Positions 1 through 8,231 of a DNA stretch of 28,842 bases are shown piece after piece. The notes under the pieces are model-generated. The model was not told the DNA's origin. It saw only the letters and a list, made by a program, of their open reading frames with translations, and made no database searches. The number at the start of each line of letters is the position of its first letter. Position 1 is the first letter of the stretch. The position numbers were made by a program, and so were the translations under genes. Location: positions 1 to 28,842 of the IMG/VR virus record IMGVR_UViG_3300032327_000392, one strand, 5' to 3'. Origin of the DNA: a virus. Its lineage: Duplodnaviria; Caudoviricetes.

Positions 1-60
1 CAGCAGACTTAAAATCTGCCGCCGAGAGGCTTGAGGGTTCGAATCCCTCCTTCCGCACCA
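1..60 (+). tRNA. tRNA-Leu(TAA), 5' end truncated by the window edge
   Basis: Anticodon arm GCAGA-CT-TAA-AA-TCTGC (3-19); long variable arm GCC-GAGA-GGC; T arm GAGGG-TTCGAAT-CCCTC; discriminator A57 and encoded CCA at 58-60. Confidence 0.95.
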
Positions 61-135
61 ATCTTACGGGCCTATAGCTCAGTTGGTCAGAGCAGTGAAC
101 TTTAATAAAGGAAGCAGAGATAAAGAAGATTAGAC

Positions 136-234
136 AAGGATGCTTTGTAGGCCTCTAGCATAATTGGTTAGTGCCGCAAACTCATAATTTGTATTGTTCC
201 GGTTCAAGTCCGGAGGGGCCTACAAAGTATCTTT
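136..234. repeat. 13-bp inverted repeat extending the acceptor stem of the nested tRNA
   Basis: AAGGATGCTTTGT (136-148) pairs with ACAAAGTATCTTT (222-234) through 11 Watson-Crick and 2 G-U pairs. Confidence 0.9.
149..222 (+). tRNA. Nested tRNA with CAT anticodon (probably tRNA-Ile2, lysidine type; Met possible), no encoded CCA
   Basis: Full cloverleaf: AGGCCTC/GGGGCCT acceptor; GCAT/GTGC D stem; GCAAA-CT-CAT-AA-TTTGT anticodon arm; TCCGG-TTCAAGT-CCGGA T arm; A222 discriminator followed by CAA. C4-G69 and C5-G68 match TilS recognition determinants. Confidence 0.88.
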
Positions 235-284
235 CCCTGGGTTCAAGTCCTGTTGGGCCCACCAATTCTTAATAAGGAAATAAA

Positions 285-611
285 ATGAATATTGATAAAG
301 GCGTTCGTGGTATTAAACTAGTCACGGGTGAAGATCTTCTTGCAAAAACTGGTCAAACATCAGATAATCAATGGATTTTATCTAATCCAGTTCAATTGCG
401 TATGGTACCATCGCAGATTGCAGGATCTCAACCATCTATTGGTTTTGTTCCATTTCCTTCTCTTGCAAAACAAAAAGTTGATTCTATCACTATCATTGAC
501 GGTTCACATGTGGTATACTCTTATGAACCAGACGAACAGATCACGAGTCAGTACAACTCTATCTTTGGATCTGGTATCGTCACCGCATCGAAACAAATCA
601 TCACTGGTTAA
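285..611 (+). CDS. Conserved T4-like phage protein, Sm-like fold
   Basis: IKLVTGEDLLA...LSNPV...GFVPF pattern; usual position just upstream of gp43 in cyanophage-like myoviruses; RBS AAGGA. Confidence 0.7.
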   Translation: MNIDKGVRGIKLVTGEDLLAKTGQTSDNQWILSNPVQLRMVPSQIAGSQPSIGFVPFPSLAKQKVDSITIIDGSHVVYSYEPDEQITSQYNSIFGSGIVTASKQIITG

Positions 612-614
612 TTA

Positions 615-3143
615 ATGAGTTTTCACTTTTATACGAACGTACAATGTATTGGTAATAATATATTTTATCGTGGTGTTGTTGACAACAAACGTGTCAAACT
701 CAAAATAAAATATCAGCCTTCTTTCTATGAGAAGTCCAAGTCTATTACCAAATACACAAATCTAGCCGGAGAATATCTTCAGCAGATTCGATTCGATTCT
801 ATCAACGAAGCCCGAGACTACTACAAACAATTTGATGGTGTCTCGGGTAAAACCATTTATGGTAACAATCGATATGAATATGCGTTCATTGGTGAACAAC
901 ATAAGAAATCTGTCGAGTGGGATAAAGATCGAATCGTAATTTGTTTCCTAGATATCGAAGTTGGTTCTGAGAATGGATTTCCTGATCCATACATTGCATC
1001 TGAACCAGTGACTGCTGTTGGTATGAAATATCATAATGGCAACATGTATGTCTATGGTTGTGGTGAATATAATAATGATCGTGAAGGTGTAACTTACTTT
1101 CGATGCAAAGATGAGTATTCTTTATTGAAACGTTTTCTTGAAGATTGGGTTGCCAATTATCCAGACATCATTACCGGTTGGAATACTAACTTCTTCGATA
1201 CGCCATATCTAATTAATCGTATTCGAAAGATTCTCGGTGAAGATCATGCAAAAAGATTGTCTCCTTGGAATATGATCTCCGAGCGTGAAATCACAATCAA
1301 AGGTAGAAAACAGACTGCATATGAACTGATTGGTATTACTGATCTTGATTATCTTGAATTGTACAAGTGGTTCTCGCCTGGTGGTAAGTCGCAAGAGTCA
1401 TATAAACTCGATAACATTGCTAGTGTAGAACTTGGCGAACGTAAACTATCGTATGATGAATATGATGGTCTTCATGGTCTATACAAAGAAAATCATCAAA
1501 AGTTTATTGAGTACAACATCAAAGACGTTGAACTTATTGTTCGCATGGAAGACAAGTTAAAACTTCTTGAACTTGCCTTGACTCTTGCGTATGATACAAA
1601 GACTAATTATAGTGATGTATTTGCACAGACTCGCATGTGGGATGCACTAACTTATAATCATCTTCTTGCAAAGAATGTTGTTGTACCACCACGTGTGTTT
1701 CAAAGTAAAACTGAGGCATTCGAAGGTGCATATGTCAAAGACCCTCAAGTTGGTAAACATGATTGGGTTGCATCATTTGATTTGAATTCTCTGTATCCAC
1801 ATTTGATTATTCAATATAATCTATCACCAGAAACATTAATTGAACCTGAGAACTATACTCCAGAAATGAGAGAGATTGCATCTCAAAGTATTACTGTAGA
1901 TTCTCTTCTTCAGAAAAAGATCGATCTGTCTTCTTTACATAATGTAACGATCACACCAAATGGTCAATTCTTTCGTACAGACATTCAAGGTTTTCTACCT
2001 AAGATGATGGAAGAGATGTATGAAGATCGCAAGAAGTTTAAGAAGATGATGCTTCAGGCAAAGCAAGAATATGAAGTCGAAACTGATGCAAAAAAGAAGT
2101 ATGAGATTTCTAAACGAATTGCACGTTATGACAATCTACAACTTGCAAAGAAGTTGTCATTGAACTCTGCATATGGTGCTCTGGGTAGTCAATACTTTAG
2201 ATTCTATGATCTTCGTATTGCACTTGCTGTAACTACTGCGGGTCAGTTGTCCATCCGTTGGATCGAATCTAAACTTAATCAATACATGAATAAGATGTTG
2301 AATACATCTGATGATTATGTTATTGCATCAGATACTGATTCAATTTATCTCAGACTTGGTCCTATCGTTAATAAATTCCTTAAATCGGATACTGATCCGA
2401 ATAAAGTTATTGAGTTTATGGATCGAGTTTGTGAAGATAAGATTCAACCGTTTATCGATAGATCATATCAAGAACTTTCTGAATATGTTCATGCATATGC
2501 ACAAAAGATGCAAATGAAACGTGAAGCATTGGCAGACAAAGCAATTTGGACTTCTAAGAAACGTTATATCATGCATGTGTATAATAATGAGGGTGTACAA
2601 TATGCAACACCTAAAATTAAAGTCATGGGTCTTGAGATGATTAAGTCATCGACACCGGCTGCGATTCGTGATAAGATGCATCAAGCAGTTGATATTATGT
2701 TGAAGGGTACAGAGTCTGATATTCATACGTTCATTGAGAATTCTAGAATTGATTTTAATAATTTGCCTCCAGAAGACATCTCTTTTCCTCGTGGTGTAAA
2801 TGGACTTCGTGAGTATGGTAGTAACACTACAATCTATGCGAAAGGTACACCAATTCATGTTAAGGGTGCATTACTATATAATAATCATCTAAAAGAAAAA
2901 GATCTAACTAAGAAGTATCCTCTCATTCAAGACGGTGAAAAGATTAAGTTTGTATATCTGAAGTTGCCAAATCCAATGAAAGAGGCAGTCATTTCTTTTC
3001 CTGGTCGTTTGCCGGCAGAGTTTAATCTAGACGGATACATTGACTATGAGACACAATTTCAAAAATCATTTATTGATCCAATTAAAATAGTACTAGACTG
3101 TATGGATTGGTCAGTTGAGAAAACAATTTCCCTTTGGGACTAG
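615..3143 (+). CDS. gp43: Family B DNA polymerase (T4 gp43-like)
   Basis: ExoI FLDIEV, motif A SFDLNSLYPH, motif B KLSLNSAYG, motif C ASDTDS; C-terminal clamp-binding-like ISLWD. Confidence 0.98.
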   Translation: MSFHFYTNVQCIGNNIFYRGVVDNKRVKLKIKYQPSFYEKSKSITKYTNLAGEYLQQIRFDSINEARDYYKQFDGVSGKTIYGNNRYEYAFIGEQHKKSVEWDKDRIVICFLDIEVGSENGFPDPYIASEPVTAVGMKYHNGNMYVYGCGEYNNDREGVTYFRCKDEYSLLKRFLEDWVANYPDIITGWNTNFFDTPYLINRIRKILGEDHAKRLSPWNMISEREITIKGRKQTAYELIGITDLDYLELYKWFSPGGKSQESYKLDNIASVELGERKLSYDEYDGLHGLYKENHQKFIEYNIKDVELIVRMEDKLKLLELALTLAYDTKTNYSDVFAQTRMWDALTYNHLLAKNVVVPPRVFQSKTEAFEGAYVKDPQVGKHDWVASFDLNSLYPHLIIQYNLSPETLIEPENYTPEMREIASQSITVDSLLQKKIDLSSLHNVTITPNGQFFRTDIQGFLPKMMEEMYEDRKKFKKMMLQAKQEYEVETDAKKKYEISKRIARYDNLQLAKKLSLNSAYGALGSQYFRFYDLRIALAVTTAGQLSIRWIESKLNQYMNKMLNTSDDYVIASDTDSIYLRLGPIVNKFLKSDTDPNKVIEFMDRVCEDKIQPFIDRSYQELSEYVHAYAQKMQMKREALADKAIWTSKKRYIMHVYNNEGVQYATPKIKVMGLEMIKSSTPAAIRDKMHQAVDIMLKGTESDIHTFIENSRIDFNNLPPEDISFPRGVNGLREYGSNTTIYAKGTPIHVKGALLYNNHLKEKDLTKKYPLIQDGEKIKFVYLKLPNPMKEAVISFPGRLPAEFNLDGYIDYETQFQKSFIDPIKIVLDCMDWSVEKTISLWD

Positions 3144-3152
3144 GAGTAAATT

Positions 3153-4205
3153 ATGGGTATTATGGATAAAATTAAAAAGAATAGTTCAATCAAAGATTCT
3201 GCTATTCTTTCGAAGTCTAAGTTCTTTAATGATAAGGATATGATTACAACGTCTATCCCTATTATTAACGTGGCATTAAGTGGAAGTTTAAATGGTGGAT
3301 TGACACCCGGACTGACCATGTGGGCGGGCCCATCAAAACATTTCAAATCTGCATTTTCGCTTTTTATGGCAAAATCTTATTTGGACAAGTACGAAGATGC
3401 AGCACTCTTATTCTACGATTCTGAGTTTGGTACGCCGAAATCATATTTCGATTCTTTTGGTATTGATATGGATCGAGTTTTGCACACTCCTCTTACTGAT
3501 ATCGAACAATTAAAGTCTGATATCATGCAACAGATTTCTAATGTGGAACGTGGTGATCGGTTGATCATTATTGTCGATTCTATTGGTAATCTTGCGTCTA
3601 AGAAAGAAGTTGATGATGCACTTGAAGGTAAAACTGTTGCAGACATGACTCGTGCAAAAGCAGTCAAGTCTTTGTTTAGAATGATTACTCCACATCTGAC
3701 GTTGAAAGATATTCCAATGATTGTAGTTAATCATACCTACAAAGAGATTGGACTTTATCCTAAAGATATCGTTGGTGGTGGTACTGGTAGTTATTACTCT
3801 GCTGATAACATCTTTATTCTTGGTCGCCAACAAGAAAAAGCAGGAACAGAAATTGTAGGTTATAACTTTATTATTAATGTTGAGAAATCCAGATATGTTA
3901 AAGAAAAATCTAAAATACCTGTTTCTGTATCTTTTGATGGTGGTATCAGTAAGTGGTCTGGTTTACTTGATCTTGCTATCGAGTCAGGACACGTTATTAA
4001 ACCATCCAATGGTTGGTATTCAAAAGTAGATAAAGACACCGGTGTAGTTGAAGATAAAAAGTATCGTGAAAAAGATACCGACACTAAAGAATTTTGGCAA
4101 CCAATTCTTGATCAGAAATCTTTTAATGACTTTGTTGAAGATAAGTATCGATATTCCAATAATAACTTGATTCAAAGTGAGGAAGAATATGAAGACGCTA
4201 ACTGA
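3153..4205 (+). CDS. uvsX: RecA-like recombinase UvsX
   Basis: GPSKHFKS Walker A, FYDSEFG, IVDSIGNLASKKE; RBS AGGAG; synteny with gp43 and gp41. Confidence 0.97.
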   Translation: MGIMDKIKKNSSIKDSAILSKSKFFNDKDMITTSIPIINVALSGSLNGGLTPGLTMWAGPSKHFKSAFSLFMAKSYLDKYEDAALLFYDSEFGTPKSYFDSFGIDMDRVLHTPLTDIEQLKSDIMQQISNVERGDRLIIIVDSIGNLASKKEVDDALEGKTVADMTRAKAVKSLFRMITPHLTLKDIPMIVVNHTYKEIGLYPKDIVGGGTGSYYSADNIFILGRQQEKAGTEIVGYNFIINVEKSRYVKEKSKIPVSVSFDGGISKWSGLLDLAIESGHVIKPSNGWYSKVDKDTGVVEDKKYREKDTDTKEFWQPILDQKSFNDFVEDKYRYSNNNLIQSEEEYEDAN

Positions 4206-4518
4206 AGGCATTGATTATGCATATATTGTACCATCAGATAAAGATACAACAGTACATCTAAAGATTCTAAATGGTATCTTTAAGGATACTGTATATCAAT
4301 ATGGTAAAGTTAAATTTGACGAAGACAAAGAAACTGGTGACATATACTTAAGGTTCGTGTACAATATAGTTGAGACTCCACTTGATGCTGATCAACTGGA
4401 GAAAGACTTGAACTTCAAGAACAAGATCGGCGACATTCTTGTGAGCATCATGGAACAAAATCAAGGAATACAGGATGAAATTGGAGACAGTTATATTGAG
4501 GAATCTGATCAGGAATGA
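4189..4518 (+). CDS. gp40-like head vertex assembly chaperone (putative)
   Basis: Small acidic ORF between uvsX and gp41, where T4 has gene 40. ATG 4189 follows a GAGGA RBS and is preferred over GTG 4177. Confidence 0.55.
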   Translation: MKTLTEGIDYAYIVPSDKDTTVHLKILNGIFKDTVYQYGKVKFDEDKETGDIYLRFVYNIVETPLDADQLEKDLNFKNKIGDILVSIMEQNQGIQDEIGDSYIEESDQE

Positions 4519-5857
4519 AGACTATCTTCGTAAGGTACTTCCATTTCTGAAGACTGAATACTTTACTGATAAAACTGAAAAGATAATTTATGAAGAAATC
4601 AACAAGTTCACAGAAACTTACAACTCTACACCAACGATTGAATCGATTGAATTGGCCGTCAAAGAAAGGCGAAATCTCTCGGATGAAGAACTGGAGAAGT
4701 CCAAGTCGTATCTACATGAAATTGCTTCGTTTAAAGATGAAGAATCCAAAGTTCAATGGCTTACTGACAAAACCGAAAAGTTCTGTCAGGAAAGAGCAAT
4801 CTACAATGCTGTATTGGGGTCTATTTCAATCTTGGACGGAAAAGACAAGTCCAACGACAAAGGTGCGATTCCCAAAATATTATCAGACGCTCTAGCTGTT
4901 AGTTTTGATAATTCAGTCGGTCATGATTATCTGGAGAACTCGGATGAACGATATGAATTTTATCATCGAAAAGAGGAACGAATTCCATTTGACCTCGAAT
5001 ACTTTAATAAAATCACAAAGGGTGGTCTTCCTGCCAAGACACTTAATATTGCCCTTGCTGGAACCGGAGTTGGTAAATCTTTGTTTATGTGCCATGTGGC
5101 TGCTGGCGCTATGGCACAAGGTAAGAATGTCCTTTATATCACTCTTGAGATGGCCGAAGAAAAGATTGCCGAGAGGATTGATGCAAATCTATTGAATGTT
5201 TCGGTTGATGTATTGATGGAACTACCTCGTGACATGTATGAACGTAAAGTCAAACGTGTCAAAGATATGACAACTGGTAAACTAATCATCAAAGAGTATC
5301 CTACTGCATCAGCATCATCTACACACTTTAGGACTCTACTAAATGAACTCAACCTTAAAAAGTCATTTGTACCCGATATTATCTTCATTGATTATCTTAA
5401 TATCTGTTGCAGTTCTCGTATTAAGCCTGGGTCCAACATTAACTCGTATACATACGTTAAGTCTATTGCGGAAGAATTGCGAGGACTTGCCGTTGAGTAC
5501 GGAGTCCCAATTGTATCTGCGACTCAGACCACAAGATCCGGCTTTACTTCTTCCGACCCAGGACTCGAGGATACGAGTGAGAGTTTTGGTTTGCCAGCGA
5601 CTGCGGATCTAATGTTTGCGCTGATTACATCAGAAGAACTTGAAGCGCTTGGTCAAATTATGGTGAAGCAGTTGAAGAATCGATATTCTGATCCAACTGC
5701 ATTCAAAAGATTTGTTATTGGTGTTGACAGGTCGAGAATGAAACTGTATGATGTAGAACAGACAGCGCAAGATGGACTTGCTGATGCTGGTAAACAAGAT
5801 AATCAACCACAACAAAATAAATTTAAAAAGAAAGACTTTTCTGGATTTAAAGTATGA
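4475..5857 (+). CDS. gp41: DnaB-like replicative helicase (T4 gp41)
   Basis: AGTGVGKS Walker A, YITLEMAEE, IFIDYLNI, SATQTTR, KQLKNRY. Confidence 0.98.
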   Translation: MKLETVILRNLIRNEDYLRKVLPFLKTEYFTDKTEKIIYEEINKFTETYNSTPTIESIELAVKERRNLSDEELEKSKSYLHEIASFKDEESKVQWLTDKTEKFCQERAIYNAVLGSISILDGKDKSNDKGAIPKILSDALAVSFDNSVGHDYLENSDERYEFYHRKEERIPFDLEYFNKITKGGLPAKTLNIALAGTGVGKSLFMCHVAAGAMAQGKNVLYITLEMAEEKIAERIDANLLNVSVDVLMELPRDMYERKVKRVKDMTTGKLIIKEYPTASASSTHFRTLLNELNLKKSFVPDIIFIDYLNICCSSRIKPGSNINSYTYVKSIAEELRGLAVEYGVPIVSATQTTRSGFTSSDPGLEDTSESFGLPATADLMFALITSEELEALGQIMVKQLKNRYSDPTAFKRFVIGVDRSRMKLYDVEQTAQDGLADAGKQDNQPQQNKFKKKDFSGFKV

Positions 5858-6960
5858 AATTGACTCATGAAGATGGTTTAGTTTGCGCTAAAGCATTTCA
5901 AAACTACTTTGGAAATTTTGATCGGATCGATGAGTACATGAGAGATCAAAAGATCAATTCATTGTCATCGATTCCTCAATCTTTGTTTCCTCCAGAAGAT
6001 GACTTGTTCTCAGACTTCTCGATGCATCCAAATGATATGGATATTCAAGTTTGTCAGATACCGACCATACAATGGCAAACACTACTTAGTATTACATCTT
6101 CACATGTAAACTCAAGTCCAGTTGGACGAAGAATTGAATTTGCAATCAAAGAAAAGAACACAGATAAGTTTCTAGGATTCATTCGACTCGCTTCACCTGT
6201 AATTAATTGTAAACCTAGAAACGAAATGTTATCTCAAGTATTTACACAGAAATCGGAGTGGAATAAAAGATTTAATCGATCTGCAATGATGGGTTTTGCT
6301 ATTGTTCCTAGTCAACCTTTTGGTTTTAATTACTTGGGTGGTAAACTTCTCGCTGCAATTTGTTGTTCACACACCGTACGTGAAATTGTCAACGAGAAAT
6401 ATGATATGAATTTGTGTTTGTTTGAAACGACTAGTTTGTATGGATCTTCAAAACAAGTATCTCAGTATGATGGAATGAAGCCTTATGTGAGATACAAAGG
6501 TTTGACTGATTCTAATTTTCTACCAATGATGCATGGTAAACCATATTCGGATCTTCGTGATTTTGTGCAATCTAAAGTCGGTCCACTAGTTGAAGAGAAG
6601 ACTTCTAGTAAGAAACTAACGATAACGATGTCGATCATATCTTTAACTAAGGCTGCACTCAAAGGAACACCTGCGGCTGATGAATTCGATGCAACAATCG
6701 AGAAAGCAAAGAATCTGACTGAAAAGAAAAGATACTATATTTCTAACTATGGTTTCTCTAACTACATCGATTATATTAATTGCAAGACTGACACACTCAT
6801 CAAAGATAAAGAAAACTATGACAAGTTTGAACTTGAGAAGATTGTGCAGTGGTGGAAACAAAAGGCTACCAATCGATATGAGTCGTTAAAAAGTGAGAAT
6901 CGTCTTCGCACTAAACTTGAAGTTTGGACAAATGATCATGATATAGATATTATGAGATAA
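5854..6960 (+). CDS. DUF4338 / Druantia DruA-like protein (putative GNAT/Mom-related fold)
   Basis: VPSQPFGFNYLGGKLLA...S...KY...ETTSLYG...SQY motif set recognised as typical of this family; ATGA overlap with the gp41 stop. Confidence 0.65.
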   Translation: MKLTHEDGLVCAKAFQNYFGNFDRIDEYMRDQKINSLSSIPQSLFPPEDDLFSDFSMHPNDMDIQVCQIPTIQWQTLLSITSSHVNSSPVGRRIEFAIKEKNTDKFLGFIRLASPVINCKPRNEMLSQVFTQKSEWNKRFNRSAMMGFAIVPSQPFGFNYLGGKLLAAICCSHTVREIVNEKYDMNLCLFETTSLYGSSKQVSQYDGMKPYVRYKGLTDSNFLPMMHGKPYSDLRDFVQSKVGPLVEEKTSSKKLTITMSIISLTKAALKGTPAADEFDATIEKAKNLTEKKRYYISNYGFSNYIDYINCKTDTLIKDKENYDKFELEKIVQWWKQKATNRYESLKSENRLRTKLEVWTNDHDIDIMR

Positions 6961-6963
6961 ATA
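6957..6963 (+). promoter_or_regulatory. T4-type late promoter-like motif ATAAATA in the loop of an inverted repeat
   Basis: ATAAATA resembles the gp55 consensus TATAAATA and lies 17 nt before ATG 6981, flanked by ATGAGA (6952-6957) and TCTCAT (6965-6970). Confidence 0.6.
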
Positions 6964-6980
6964 TTCTCATTTAATATAAC

Positions 6981-8216
6981 ATGTCACTACTTAAAATTCT
7001 GAACAACTACGCTTACGAAAAAAGTAACAAAAGTAACAGTAAGCGAGATGTCTTTGTTGTTAAGGCTAAAGATCGAACTGGTGCGCAGTCTGAAATTGAA
7101 ACACGCCTGAAAGAAGAGAAAATAGTCTTTTATCGAAAAAAAGATAATGCGCTTTCCGGTTCAACAGAAGTTACGGTTATCGATGGTCCAAAGACAACGT
7201 ATCTGGTGTTCAAACCTGCTGCTGGTGGCATGAATGAAACAACTTTGAATTCTACGATTACTGAACTTGCACCAGCATTAGCATTTGTTGCGGGATATAA
7301 TCCAAAATCAGTTGAAGATTTTTATAATTTTTTAAAACAAGTAAATCATACACAATCTTCAGTTTATGTTGTTGCTGAAAATATTGCAGCCGGTAAAAAG
7401 TTTGTTAGTGAATTTCCAAACTCATCTAAATTCCATGAAAAAATGGAAAATGCGATGGGCGTTTTGAAATATCTTTACGTGGAAAATAAGAAGAAAAAGA
7501 TTGTCAATGTGTTTTGGGGTTATCGACAAAAACCACCAGGAGTTGATTCTAAACATAAAGGTGACTTGTTCATTGATTATGGTAAAGGTAAAATGGTTGG
7601 TGTTTCACTCAAAGCGGGTTCAGAGACAAGTAAAGAACCTAAACTAAACACATATGTTAATCCCATTCTGCAAGATCTAGATCTAAAAAAAATCAACGAA
7701 CTTAGATTGGAATTATGGAATAAAACATACAAATCATTTTCTACTGATAGATTCAACTACGACAAAGCTCAAGAGAAGAAATCTGTTATTGAAAAATTAG
7801 CATTATTAGAAAAATCAGATGTTAGAATGTATGATAAAATGTATGATGAAAATTTGGACATCATAAGAAATTATTTAACAGAAACATTTGAAAAGAATGT
7901 CGATAAAACTGTTAAGTATTTAAATGCGGCCATCGTAGGAAGTGATGACGCTGTTCCTTTAGTTGTATTAAAAGCGTATGGAACAAATTATAAAATTTTA
8001 ACTGATGAAGATGATGTGGGTGTGTTTCTTCCTAAAGTTAAGAAAATAAAATCTTATCCGTCAACTTCTTCAAAACAAGATTTCTATATAGAATTGATGT
8101 CTTCCGGATCAGAGAAGTTGAAAATGAAATTTTCAGTTCGCACCAACAAAACAGGTGATGAACACAAACTAGGACAGTTCTTCAATTTGGCCGTTAAGTT
8201 TAATGGTATAGTTTAA
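6981..8216 (+). CDS. Putative PD-(D/E)XK restriction-endonuclease-like nuclease
   Basis: TITE helix followed by KGDLFI...VGVSLK (D...SLK variant of the PD-(D/E)XK core); Lys-rich, visibly AT-rich. Confidence 0.55.
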   Translation: MSLLKILNNYAYEKSNKSNSKRDVFVVKAKDRTGAQSEIETRLKEEKIVFYRKKDNALSGSTEVTVIDGPKTTYLVFKPAAGGMNETTLNSTITELAPALAFVAGYNPKSVEDFYNFLKQVNHTQSSVYVVAENIAAGKKFVSEFPNSSKFHEKMENAMGVLKYLYVENKKKKIVNVFWGYRQKPPGVDSKHKGDLFIDYGKGKMVGVSLKAGSETSKEPKLNTYVNPILQDLDLKKINELRLELWNKTYKSFSTDRFNYDKAQEKKSVIEKLALLEKSDVRMYDKMYDENLDIIRNYLTETFEKNVDKTVKYLNAAIVGSDDAVPLVVLKAYGTNYKILTDEDDVGVFLPKVKKIKSYPSTSSKQDFYIELMSSGSEKLKMKFSVRTNKTGDEHKLGQFFNLAVKFNGIV

Positions 8217-8231
8217 TTATGGAGTTTTATT

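Larger units (their letters stand above)
68..264 (+). pseudogene. Split outer tRNA gene (Ile-like scaffold) interrupted at the anticodon loop by a ~130 nt insert
   Basis: The 5' half (68-101) reads GGGCCTA-TA-GCTC-AGTTGGTCA-GAGC-A-GTGAA-CT. The 3' half (~237-264) reads CTGGG-TTCAAGT-CCTGT-TGGGCCC-A-CCA. The acceptor strands GGGCCTA/TGGGCCC pair fully (one G-U). The 3' anticodon strand and variable loop cannot be cleanly rebuilt. Confidence 0.8.

Noticed and set aside
100-106. Ochre suppressor tRNA (CT-TTA-AT loop) implying stop-codon recoding
   Set aside because: There is no pairing 3' anticodon strand. Genes end normally at TAA, TAG and TGA with full-length products, so the standard code fits.
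102-236. Group I or canonical intron in the outer tRNA
   Set aside because: The insert is too short for a group I core once the inner tRNA is subtracted, no P7-like elements are visible, and no splice junction restores a full anticodon stem, variable loop and T stem.
328-615. Alternative 95-aa ORF overlapping the Sm-like gene
   Set aside because: Shadow frame with no RBS or recognisable motif; 285-611 has both.
615-3143. Intein or intron in gp43 (also checked gp41, thyX, nrdA)
   Set aside because: Lengths are ordinary, the motifs are contiguous, and no intein splice motifs or LAGLIDADG/HNH inserts were seen.
4590-5612. Three consecutive off-frame plus-strand ORFs inside gp41
   Set aside because: They are typical shadow ORFs from codon bias, with no motifs or RBS, unlike the embedded Rz1.
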